A DNA stretch of 64,000 nt, taken from Actinomycetes bacterium. Lineage in GTDB: Bacteria > Actinomycetota > Coriobacteriia > Coriobacteriales > Eggerthellaceae. The stretch covers positions 24,175 through 88,174 of the forward strand of contig JAEXAI010000022.1 of NCBI GenBank assembly GCA_023394615.1, written 5' to 3'. Under the pieces are notes generated by a model. That model was not told the DNA's origin. It saw only the letters and a program-made list of their open reading frames with translations, and searched no databases. How positions within the stretch are numbered: position 1 is the stretch's first letter; each line of letters begins with the position of its first letter. This document shows positions 1-7,770 of this stretch, piece by piece. Both the position numbers and the translations under genes were made by a program.

Positions 1-98
1 CAGTGAAGATGATGATGCCTGTGGGCACGTTGATACTGCCTTCAATGCTGATATTGGTGCTGGGTCCTGTGCTGTTGGAGTTGGCAGAAGGCTTTTAG
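1..98 (+). CDS. 3' end of an upstream membrane protein gene (possibly a TadC/GspF-like pilus platform protein; 5' end outside the window)
   Basis: Frame 3 is open from the window edge to TAG at 96-98. The translated tail ...GTLILPSMLILVLGPVLLELAEGF is hydrophobic. It lies directly upstream of an Flp pilin gene, and the identity rests on that context only. Confidence 0.3.
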   Translation, partial: VKMMMPVGTLILPSMLILVLGPVLLELAEGF

Positions 99-117
99 TG
101 AAACGATACGAAGGAGG

Positions 118-342
118 ATGAACATGATGGGAAACTCGATGGGTGACAAGATATTAGGCTGCTGGGTGCGTCTGCGGTGCGCGGCATCGACAAAATTACG
201 TCAAACGAAGGGGCAGGGTACGACCGAATACGCGATTCTGGTTGGGGTTCTAGTAGTAATCGCTATATTGGCCATCACGATTTTTCGACCGAAACTACAG
301 GAGCTTTGGAATGCGATTGCTGAAGGCATCAACGGTCTGTAA
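118..342 (+). CDS. flp: Flp-family type IVb (Tad) prepilin
   Basis: 74-aa ORF. A leader is followed by KG/QGTTEYAILVGVLVVIAILAI, which is the Flp G/XXXXEY processing motif plus a hydrophobic helix. The true start may be an internal Met (124, 127 or 139). Confidence 0.75.
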   Translation: MNMMGNSMGDKILGCWVRLRCAASTKLRQTKGQGTTEYAILVGVLVVIAILAITIFRPKLQELWNAIAEGINGL

Positions 343-379
343 GCTGCGACGATGTGGTTGCACATGCGTGTGCGACCAC

Positions 380-574
380 ATGCGTGATCGCACGGGGCAA
401 TCCAGCGCGGAATTCGCCATCATCTTAGCGGCGTTTATCTGCGTCGCTATTGCCCTCGGTGCTCTGTGGCGCGTTCTGGATCAGGGTTTGTTCATCGAGC
501 ATGCTTTGATGAGCGCATCACATCATCTGTCGAGTGTGGATGTGGGAGCGTGGGGCGATGTGCTGGCATATTGA
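380..574 (+). CDS. Second Flp/pseudopilin-like small protein
   Basis: The Met at 380, in frame with ORF 311..574, gives MRDRTG/QSSAEFAIILAAFICVAIALGAL. This is the same G/Q-x3-E-(F/Y) plus hydrophobic helix pattern as the adjacent pilin. Confidence 0.5.
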   Translation: MRDRTGQSSAEFAIILAAFICVAIALGALWRVLDQGLFIEHALMSASHHLSSVDVGAWGDVLAY

Positions 575-1088
575 AAATCGTTTGCGTGCAAAGGGTTTAT
601 CGCGTGCGGGTCAGGCCAGTGTGGAAGCGGCATTTCTGATTCCCGTCCTGTTCGTTTCGATGCTGCTGTTAATACAGCCGGGCATTATTTTGTATGACCG
701 GGTGGTCATGGAGGGCGCAGCCGCAGAAGGATGCCGATTGCTCGCAACGCAGACGGAGTCAGCGGGATTCACCCAGGATCGCTGCTCTGCCTTGATAAAG
801 CGCAGGCTGGGCGCTATCCCGCCGCAAGATCTTTTCCACATGCACCAAGACGGCTGCTCGTGGGAGATAGAGCTTGATGGCGACGAGCGGTCGGCAGAGG
901 TAGGCGTGACCATCCGCAACAAGGTGAAACTGCTACCTCTATTCGATGGAGCGGGGACGCTGTTGGGATTGGCTGATGGGCAGGGATGTTTGAGTATAGA
1001 AGTGGTGAGGCGGGCGCAGACTCAGCCCGAATGGGTGCAGAAGGGAAAAGGCATAGACCCGCAAGCTTGGACGGGTGCACGCGATTAG
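558..1088 (+). CDS. TadE/TadF-like pseudopilin (TadE-like domain protein)
   Basis: The N-terminus ...RAG/QASVEAAFLIPVLFVSMLLLIQP matches the TadE-like N-terminal motif. The start is ambiguous (534 GTG, 540 or 558) and overlaps the end of the previous ORF. Confidence 0.65.
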   Translation: MCWHIENRLRAKGLSRAGQASVEAAFLIPVLFVSMLLLIQPGIILYDRVVMEGAAAEGCRLLATQTESAGFTQDRCSALIKRRLGAIPPQDLFHMHQDGCSWEIELDGDERSAEVGVTIRNKVKLLPLFDGAGTLLGLADGQGCLSIEVVRRAQTQPEWVQKGKGIDPQAWTGARD

Positions 1089-1108
1089 CGAAGGGGGGGG
1101 AGGAAACT

Positions 1109-3334
1109 GTGAGGGGAATAGGAAAGCATGTCGGTAATGCGCCGAATCATAAGATGAAGCGTTCGCAAAACGGCCGCAGTGCCAATGGCGCATCGAGAAA
1201 AGTACGGGCGTTTCACGAAGACGATGGCGGGTTCTCGACGCTTGGAATGGTAATCGCACTTTTGCTTACCTTGTCATTGGTCTTCACGACGGCCCGCATC
1301 TACCGTATTGAGTCGATGGCTGCCGATGTGCAGAATGTGGCCGATGCTGCGGTATTGGCCGCGGAAGGAGAAGTGGCCTCTTTCTACATCATCTCGCAGA
1401 CGTGCGATGCTATCGTATTGTCCCTTTCCTTGACGGGCCTCGTGGCAGCCGGGCTGGGAACTGTGGCTTTGTGCGTTCCGGGCGCAGCGGCATTTTCGGC
1501 AAAACTGCTGGAAGCGGCTTCAAAAGTCCTTGAATCCAGAGACAGATTTGCCAAGAGTGCAAAATCGGGTTTGGAACATGTGCAAGAGTTGTTGCCCTAC
1601 CTGGCGGCAGTGCAGGCGGCATCCGTGGCAAAGGGCAACGGTGACGGACGCCGTGATTATTGCGGCTTCGCCATATTGCTGCCCGCTGAAGGGGAGCCGG
1701 TGTCGGTAGGTGCGCTAGATGGTGCCCAAGACGCTTTGGACAAGATTGATGAAAAACGCGAGGGCATACAGGAGGCGGCTCGCGAAGCCGAAGATGCTGC
1801 TCGTGAGGCTGATGCCTGCAAACTGCGCGCCTTCATGGCTGATTGCGGCAATGCGCCGGGATATTGCATGTACGAACGCGCCGGGACGTTGTCACAATTG
1901 GACGCAACGCGCAATCCGCTGTATCGCAACGTGGAAAGCTGGTCGTTCAGTGTCGCTTTAGCACGCGCGCAGGCATACTATCCCGAGCGGCTCGCAAACG
2001 AGGAGCCCTTAGGACCATCTGTTGAAGAGCAAGTGAATTCAGCCCTGCGCAAGCGTTTCTACGAATATGCAGTGCAGGCTGTTTCCAAAGGGTACGTCCA
2101 TGATGATCCGACTGGTTCATTCGAGGCGAATTTCCCTTTGTTGCCACGCAATACCGAACAGATGAAGCTGACTTCCTTGTATACCCAAAACGTCTACCCC
2201 GTAAGTACGGCGGCTCATGGAGCCTTGTGTATGCACGCTTGGGACGGGTGCCCTGCGCTGGCATCACAAACCTACGTAGGTATGGGGTCAATCGAGCAGA
2301 TGGACTCTGGTTTCATGCAATGTGAAATCTGCAAGTTCAATCCCTCCAGTATGGGCAACGTTGCCGCAGCTTCGACGTCAATTGAGAACGGTTTCGAATA
2401 CCATTACCTCATCGTGGCAAATGAGGCGAAAGCGTATCAGGCCGAGCGCGAGCGATATGCTCCCGCTGCTCAGGCTGTGAAGATGCCGGTTGAGGAAATC
2501 ATTTCCAGCTTGGGAGACCTGCTGAAAAGCGCCGCAGGCGCGCGAATCACCGCATATCCTCCTGGGCGATATGGGGCGGTTGCGGTGGTTGCAGATGTGA
2601 AAGGCGTGCCCGCCGATGAGCTTTCTCCCTCGTCTTTCGTGAGCAGCGACGCCAGCTTGGGGGCGAGTGCGGCCGTATCTGGGGCAACGTTGGCTGACGA
2701 TAATCCTTCCGAATCGGAAAACATCATCTCATCGTTTTTGGATAGGGTCTCCGACGATGCTTCTGGCTTCGGCGTGGAAGGCATACAGATAGTGCTTGAC
2801 TTGTGGTCAGGGCTCCTGTTTTCCTATGCGAAGGGGCAAGAATCGCTGGAGCAGGGAATAGAGAACGCAATCGATCGCATTCCTCTTGCTTCGTCAAGCG
2901 GTTTGGGAAAATGGGCAGCTGGCGCATTTTCCGATGCGGTATCAGCAGTAGGGTTGCAGCCTGCGAAATTGGCTGCGCCGAAGCCTGTTCTTGTCAATAC
3001 CGCGCATCCTCTGTCGCATGATTCCGGTCCGTATTCCGAAAAACTGTTACAAGTGAAAAAGAGCTATGCAAATCTGCCCGGATCAGGCACGGGCGACCCT
3101 CTTTCGGTGGCCGTTGACGCGCTTGAAGCAACTGCAATTGATGCGGTTGAGTCGTTAGGCGACAGGGCCGTGGTTGTGGAGGTGTCGATACTGGGGGCCG
3201 ATGGACCGACCATACCAATCAGCATCACCCTTCCACCTGCGGTAACAGAATACGCAAGCGGTATTGTCAAATCGATTGCCGAAGAGTTGCGCAGTCTTGT
3301 GGCTACAATTTCGGGGGTGCGCATATGGCAGTGA
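1109..3334 (+). CDS. Large membrane-anchored pilus-associated protein (TadG-like N-terminus, ~740 aa)
   Basis: GTG at 1109 is preceded by a GGGGAGGAA Shine-Dalgarno sequence. A single N-terminal TM (LGMVIALLLTLSLVFTTARIY) is followed by about 680 aa with no other TM. The gene is embedded between TadE-like genes. The longest ORF (from 986) would overlap the previous gene by about 100 bp. Confidence 0.55.
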   Translation: MRGIGKHVGNAPNHKMKRSQNGRSANGASRKVRAFHEDDGGFSTLGMVIALLLTLSLVFTTARIYRIESMAADVQNVADAAVLAAEGEVASFYIISQTCDAIVLSLSLTGLVAAGLGTVALCVPGAAAFSAKLLEAASKVLESRDRFAKSAKSGLEHVQELLPYLAAVQAASVAKGNGDGRRDYCGFAILLPAEGEPVSVGALDGAQDALDKIDEKREGIQEAAREAEDAAREADACKLRAFMADCGNAPGYCMYERAGTLSQLDATRNPLYRNVESWSFSVALARAQAYYPERLANEEPLGPSVEEQVNSALRKRFYEYAVQAVSKGYVHDDPTGSFEANFPLLPRNTEQMKLTSLYTQNVYPVSTAAHGALCMHAWDGCPALASQTYVGMGSIEQMDSGFMQCEICKFNPSSMGNVAAASTSIENGFEYHYLIVANEAKAYQAERERYAPAAQAVKMPVEEIISSLGDLLKSAAGARITAYPPGRYGAVAVVADVKGVPADELSPSSFVSSDASLGASAAVSGATLADDNPSESENIISSFLDRVSDDASGFGVEGIQIVLDLWSGLLFSYAKGQESLEQGIENAIDRIPLASSSGLGKWAAGAFSDAVSAVGLQPAKLAAPKPVLVNTAHPLSHDSGPYSEKLLQVKKSYANLPGSGTGDPLSVAVDALEATAIDAVESLGDRAVVVEVSILGADGPTIPISITLPPAVTEYASGIVKSIAEELRSLVATISGVRIWQ

Positions 3335-3819
3335 CGCTGAAATGCGCTGATGCAATCGGCTCATGCCGACACAATTATCGGTGCAGTCTTTTGGATGACG
3401 GGGGAAAGCGCGGTCAGATGACGGTCGAGATGGTCATCGCGCTCCCTGTGATGCTCGTTGTGGCTATTATTGCGGTTAACGCGTTGTTGTTCTTTTCAGA
3501 GTGCGCGGCATTTGACCGTCTTGCCAAAGACGCAGTGCGCATACATGCTACGGCTCCAGGTTATGGTGAGGAAACGAGCAGGTGCCTTGCGAACATTCAA
3601 GCTGATTTGGGAGAATCATTCGATAAGGAATACCTCCACGTGTCGGTGTCTGCGCAAGGTCGAGAGCTTGGACATGTATGCTTCATTGCCGCGCTTGATT
3701 TCACACCGACGTTGTTCGGGCGCTCGTTTTCCGGGTCGGTGTTTGGGGTGTCTATGCCAACGCTGCATCACGAAACGTCCCTGACGATAAGTCCTTACAG
3801 GCCGGGGGTAATCGTGTGA
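3325..3819 (+). CDS. TadE/TadF-like pseudopilin
   Basis: The leader ends RG/QMTVEMVIALPVMLVVAIIAVNALLFF, the same G/Q-x3-E motif plus a TM helix. The ATG at 3325 overlaps the previous stop (3332-3334). Confidence 0.6.
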   Translation: MAVTLKCADAIGSCRHNYRCSLLDDGGKRGQMTVEMVIALPVMLVVAIIAVNALLFFSECAAFDRLAKDAVRIHATAPGYGEETSRCLANIQADLGESFDKEYLHVSVSAQGRELGHVCFIAALDFTPTLFGRSFSGSVFGVSMPTLHHETSLTISPYRPGVIV

Positions 3820-4379
3820 GTGCGAAAAAGAAAGTTTCCCAAAGGCGACGTTGCTGCCGTTCGATAGCGATTATCGCTGTTTCCGCTTGCGTGTTTAGCG
3901 CGATAGGCACAGGTGTACAGGCGTTTTCATCTGCGTCTGCTGCAGAATTCGCCAGTGCGGCAGCAGGCGCATATGGAGGTGATAGCGCGAGCGCGCTTGA
4001 AGAGGCTCGCCTGTTTGGCTTGTTCGGCGCCGCGACAGGTGCGACGGCTAATGCCGGTATCCAACGTGACGCTTTCGCGAAACTGCCCGAAGGATTCGAA
4101 CAGGAATGTTTCAGCGTCTCAGACTGCAGCGACGTGCGCGCTGCCGAAAACGGCCGCATCGTCGGATTGTTGCAAGATGGGGATGCTCGGGACGCGGCTT
4201 CGCATGTCGATGAGGCGATGGAGCATGCTGGATGGATGAGGGTAGGTGGAGAGGTGGAATCGCTGGTTGTTGCATATAGCAAATCGAGCGGGAGCCTTCG
4301 ATGGGTGAATATCACGTTTACGCCCGTGGATGATGCGACCTCCATAGTCCTCGTTTTCGATGAAAGGGGAAAAGGCTGA
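3816..4379 (+). CDS. Hypothetical exported protein of the Tad operon
   Basis: The GTG start overlaps the previous stop (GTGA). A basic N-terminus is followed by the hydrophobic segment IAIIAVSACVFSAIGTGVQAFS, which looks like a signal peptide. No family was recognised. Confidence 0.5.
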   Translation: MSAKKKVSQRRRCCRSIAIIAVSACVFSAIGTGVQAFSSASAAEFASAAAGAYGGDSASALEEARLFGLFGAATGATANAGIQRDAFAKLPEGFEQECFSVSDCSDVRAAENGRIVGLLQDGDARDAASHVDEAMEHAGWMRVGGEVESLVVAYSKSSGSLRWVNITFTPVDDATSIVLVFDERGKG

Positions 4380-4687
4380 TGGGGCGATTGTTGATTGCGT
4401 CGACTCGAAAGGACCGTCTGCGGGGACTAATCGGACGGGATCTTGATGATGGCATGTTGCTGCTGCTGCCATGCAACGATATCCATACATTTGGCATGGA
4501 GTATGCCATCGACGTGGCTTTTCTGGACAGGCGGGGCCGTGTAGTCGAATCGCGGCGCGATGTTTTGCCAAAGCGACGAATGCACTGCCGCGGCGCATAT
4601 GCGACCATTGAGCGATTCTCGCAGCCGATGGGTCCATGGCTTCAAGAAGGCGATTATCTGCATGTTTTCGAATACGAGGAGGACTGA
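4379..4687 (+). CDS. DUF192 (COG1430) domain protein
   Basis: The ATG shares one base with the preceding TGA. The core GMLLLLPCNDIHTFGMEYAIDVAFLDRRGRVV resembles DUF192 family proteins. Confidence 0.55.
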   Translation: MGRLLIASTRKDRLRGLIGRDLDDGMLLLLPCNDIHTFGMEYAIDVAFLDRRGRVVESRRDVLPKRRMHCRGAYATIERFSQPMGPWLQEGDYLHVFEYEED

Positions 4688-4688
4688 A

Positions 4689-5216
4689 ATGAAGACTTGT
4701 CCGGTGTGTCAAGCGCTCTGCTTTGATGATATGGCCGTTTGCTTCGGCTGTATGCACCGCTTTGAGGATGGGGAAGGGGGACAGCCCGGAGCGTCAGCGC
4801 AACCGCGTGCCGTGCAACCGCGTGCCGTGCAGCCCGGAGCGTCAGCGCAACCGCAGGCCGTGCAGCCGCATGCCGTGCAACCGCGTGCCGTGCAGCCGCA
4901 TGTGGATTCCCGAAACGTTCCTCCTGTAGATATGCAGCCTACTGTTCCGAGTCAGCCTGATGGGTTTGCGGTGCAAGAGGCTGAAGATGCGCATGCGTTC
5001 GCTCGGCACACAGCAGATGAACGTCCGCGCGGGCGTCATGAAAAGGGTGTCGGAAGCGAAAAGCGCAGGTTGCAAGCTGCTATGGGCTATCCGCTAACGG
5101 GGGCATCGGCCCTTCCGGCTGAGCTCGTTTTAGATGGGATGCGTTTTCAGTTGGTGGTGAGCCTTCAGCCGATTGAAGATGATGCGTGCGAAGGGGCACC
5201 CCTCAGGTCCGAATAG
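4689..5216 (+). CDS. Small zinc-ribbon protein with pentapeptide (PxAVQ) repeats
   Basis: The ATG at 4689 lies 1 nt after the DUF192 stop. The N-terminal CPVC...CFGC arrangement is zinc-ribbon-like. It is followed by the repeats QPRAVQPRAVQPGASAQPQAVQPHAVQPRAVQPH. The annotated ORF 4560..5216 has an implausible overlapping N-terminal extension. Confidence 0.55.
   Translation: MKTCPVCQALCFDDMAVCFGCMHRFEDGEGGQPGASAQPRAVQPRAVQPGASAQPQAVQPHAVQPRAVQPHVDSRNVPPVDMQPTVPSQPDGFAVQEAEDAHAFARHTADERPRGRHEKGVGSEKRRLQAAMGYPLTGASALPAELVLDGMRFQLVVSLQPIEDDACEGAPLRSE
4782..4902 (+). repeat. In-frame tandem repeat (15-bp unit CARCCGCRTGCCGTG about 6 times, interleaved with an 18-bp unit cagcccggagcgtcagcg twice)
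   Basis: Read directly from the sequence at 4782-4902. It encodes the PxAVQ pentapeptide repeats. Confidence 0.85.
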
Positions 5217-5234
5217 GTTTACAGCAGTGGCGGG

Positions 5235-5579
5235 TTACTGTGAAATGACGGCCCTATATGCTTTTATGCTCGCTTTCTGCATTTCCGCTGTCAGAGCATC
5301 GTAGGCATCAAGCAGTTTCAAGCAATCTTCGGTCAGCGTGCTACCGTGAGCGCCGTCGCGCACCAAAAGCTGTATCCCCAGTGCTTTTTCGGTATCCTTT
5401 ATGATGCGCCATGCTTTACTATAGGCCATGCCCATGGCCTTTGCGGCGGCATTCAAAGATCCGGTCTCGCGAACGCCCTTGCACAACGCATATATGCCGG
5501 GGCCGAACATGGCATTGTCGCTCGACGCATTGTTTCCGATGGTGATCTTCACACTCGGTGTCAAATCTTGCAAACCCAT
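5235..5579 (-). CDS. ModE N-terminal-like winged-helix transcriptional regulator
   Basis: GSLNAAAKAMGMAYSKAWRIIKDTEKALGIQLLVRDGAHGSTLTEDC resembles the ModE/LysR-type N-terminal HTH (ModE: GSISQGAKDAGISYKSAW...). At 114 aa it has no molybdate-binding Mop domains. Confidence 0.6.
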   Translation of the reverse strand: MGLQDLTPSVKITIGNNASSDNAMFGPGIYALCKGVRETGSLNAAAKAMGMAYSKAWRIIKDTEKALGIQLLVRDGAHGSTLTEDCLKLLDAYDALTAEMQKASIKAYRAVISQ

Positions 5580-5627
5580 AGCGCGACCTAGCCTTTCCGG
5601 CTTCCCTGTGTTCCCTCTAGTACGGTA

Positions 5628-7184
5628 TTATACCGTTTCGCTCGACTTCAGGAAATCAATTGTTGCAGACTCAACCGATGTCGTGCTCTTGTCTATTATC
5701 TGGCTGAAGCGAACGGGTGCAGAATCCAGCGAAGCAAGGCCTGCAGGGATGAAGCTTTGCCCGGTCTCTTTAGCAATCAAGTCGTTGAGCTGGCAGCCTG
5801 TCAGCTCATTGACATCTGCGGGAAGTGCGCAATTTGCCTCGATGTCATGTAGCGCGCGATAGACGTTAGAGCCGAACTTCGCCCAATGGGCAGTGCTGGC
5901 GATGAGTACCGGGTTTTCGCCGCGCAGGCGCTCAGCCGCACGGTATGCAACGGCGGTATGGGGATCGAGCAGGTAGTCGTGTTTGCTGAACACCTTTTTG
6001 ATGGTGGAGAGGCATTCCTGGTTGTCTACTGAGTCGCCCGAGAAGTCCTCGCGCATGCGGGCAAAGGTTTGCTCGTCTACGCGGAAGCGCTTCTGCGATT
6101 TCAGGTCGTCCATCCAGCCAGCAATGGCTTGTGCGTTGCGCCCCGTGAGCTCGAAGAGCTGACGCTCGAGATTCGATGACACGAGAATGTCCATGGAAGG
6201 GCTAGGGGTCAGCACGAATTCGCGGTCGGATATGTCGTAGGTTCCCGTGTTGATAAAATCAGTCAGCACGCGGTTGGTGTTGCTGGCGCACAGCAAACGC
6301 TCGATGGGAGTGCCCATCTGCTTGGCGTACCAAGCGGCCAATATATTGCCGAAATTGCCCGTGGGCACGCATACGTCTATTGGTTGCCCGGCTTCCACTT
6401 TACCGCTTGCCGCCAATTGTGCATAGCTGGAGATGTAGTAAACCACTTGGGGCAGCAGTCGTCCCCAGTTGATGGAGTTCGCGCTCGAAAGCGCCACGCC
6501 CTCTTCGCGCAGGAGTTTTTCGTTGAATGCCACGTCGCCGAACACGCTTTTCGCGGCTGACTGGCAGTCATCGAAATTACCGCGCACGGCCCAGACCATC
6601 ACGTTGTCACCGGACTGTGTGGCCATCTGCTTGCGCTGGATGTCGCTGACACCGCCGTCGGGATACATGACTGCGATGCTGACGCCGGGTTTGTTCTTGA
6701 AACCTTCCAGTGCTGCTTTACCCGTGTCGCCTGACGTGGCCACGAGGATAAGGAAACGGTGATCGATGAGGCCGCCATCGCGTAGTTTCTGGGCGCTCGC
6801 GCTGAAGAACAAAGGAAGGCATTGCAGCGCCATATCTTTGAAAGCGCTGGTTGGGCCATGCCAAAGCTCGAGTATATGGGTATCGGCATCAAGTGAGGTA
6901 ATGGGGCATATGTCGGTGTCGTCGAAGTTGTTTCCGTAGGCTGAGGCCATCAAATCATCAATCTGCTCATCGGGCAAATCGACACCGAACGCTTTGTAGA
7001 CGGTGGCGGCTCGTTGCGCATAAGGCACACCTGCCAAATCAATTATCTGCTGCAGGCTCATATGTGGGATACTTTGAGGAACGTAGAGTCCGCCGCCTTC
7101 GGCAAGGCCGTTCACGACCGCCTGAGTGAAGGGGACCGCAACGCCTGTGCGCCCGCGCGTGTCCGTGTAAAGATTCGCCGACAT
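5628..7184 (-). CDS. thrC: Threonine synthase (long form)
   Basis: 518 aa. It carries the PLP-lysine motif LWHGPTSAFKDMALQ, the SGDTGKAA loop and an overall ThrC-like organisation. Confidence 0.9.
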   Translation of the reverse strand: MSANLYTDTRGRTGVAVPFTQAVVNGLAEGGGLYVPQSIPHMSLQQIIDLAGVPYAQRAATVYKAFGVDLPDEQIDDLMASAYGNNFDDTDICPITSLDADTHILELWHGPTSAFKDMALQCLPLFFSASAQKLRDGGLIDHRFLILVATSGDTGKAALEGFKNKPGVSIAVMYPDGGVSDIQRKQMATQSGDNVMVWAVRGNFDDCQSAAKSVFGDVAFNEKLLREEGVALSSANSINWGRLLPQVVYYISSYAQLAASGKVEAGQPIDVCVPTGNFGNILAAWYAKQMGTPIERLLCASNTNRVLTDFINTGTYDISDREFVLTPSPSMDILVSSNLERQLFELTGRNAQAIAGWMDDLKSQKRFRVDEQTFARMREDFSGDSVDNQECLSTIKKVFSKHDYLLDPHTAVAYRAAERLRGENPVLIASTAHWAKFGSNVYRALHDIEANCALPADVNELTGCQLNDLIAKETGQSFIPAGLASLDSAPVRFSQIIDKSTTSVESATIDFLKSSETV

Positions 7185-7521
7185 ATATCGCTCTTTCTCG
7201 TTTTGGCCACCGTGATGGCACGGAAGCCGTGAAGGTCAATGCGCCCAGTATACTATGACCGGATAAAGCGCGGGCTGTTTCCCAAGGCGGTTTCATGCAA
7301 TGCGCAATTGTGCGCTTCACCGATGTCTGTGCTGGGCGAGTTGTCGAATCCCTCTCTTGTGCGCTTTCTCGTGCGGTTTTCGAAAACCCGAATTTGGGCG
7401 TTGCGCCGATGGCCGTCATGCACTAAAGTATCTCACGAGAGATAACCATGGTAAACTTTCCGCGCATGCGGGTTGCAATTTCGCACGATTCGGCTTTGTT
7501 GGTCGGGCGGCTTGTCCGTAC

Positions 7522-7770
7522 ATGCGCGAAGGGCTCGTTCGAGAGGAACGACGCGTGCTGCTAAGCAAAACGAAAGCGGGTGGCGAATATGTCATCACCG
7601 CCTGTCATGCCAAAGGGCCCACACGGGCTCGGCTGGATAGCTTGGGGCTGGTGGTAGGCGAGCAGATAAACGTGCTTTCCTCCAGCTGGGCTGGTCAAAT
7701 ACTGGAAATCAAAGGATCGCGTCTGGCATTGTGCAAGTCGGTTTCCGATTCCATGGAGGTGGCCGACTAG
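7522..7770 (+). CDS. feoA: FeoA-domain protein
   Basis: The C-terminal 80 aa of ORF 7300..7770 (LSKTKAGGEYVITACHAKGPTRARLDSLGLVVGEQINVL) is FeoA/SH3-like. The stop abuts the feoB ATG. The start at 7522 is a best guess. Confidence 0.75.
   Translation: MREGLVREERRVLLSKTKAGGEYVITACHAKGPTRARLDSLGLVVGEQINVLSSSWAGQILEIKGSRLALCKSVSDSMEVAD

Noticed and set aside
7185-7300. T-box or other leader or riboswitch upstream of thrC (minus strand).
   Set aside because: No specifier/T-box motif (AGAGA...TGGTACCGCG-type) or other riboswitch core was recognisable. The region contains only a plausible TATACT -10 element.
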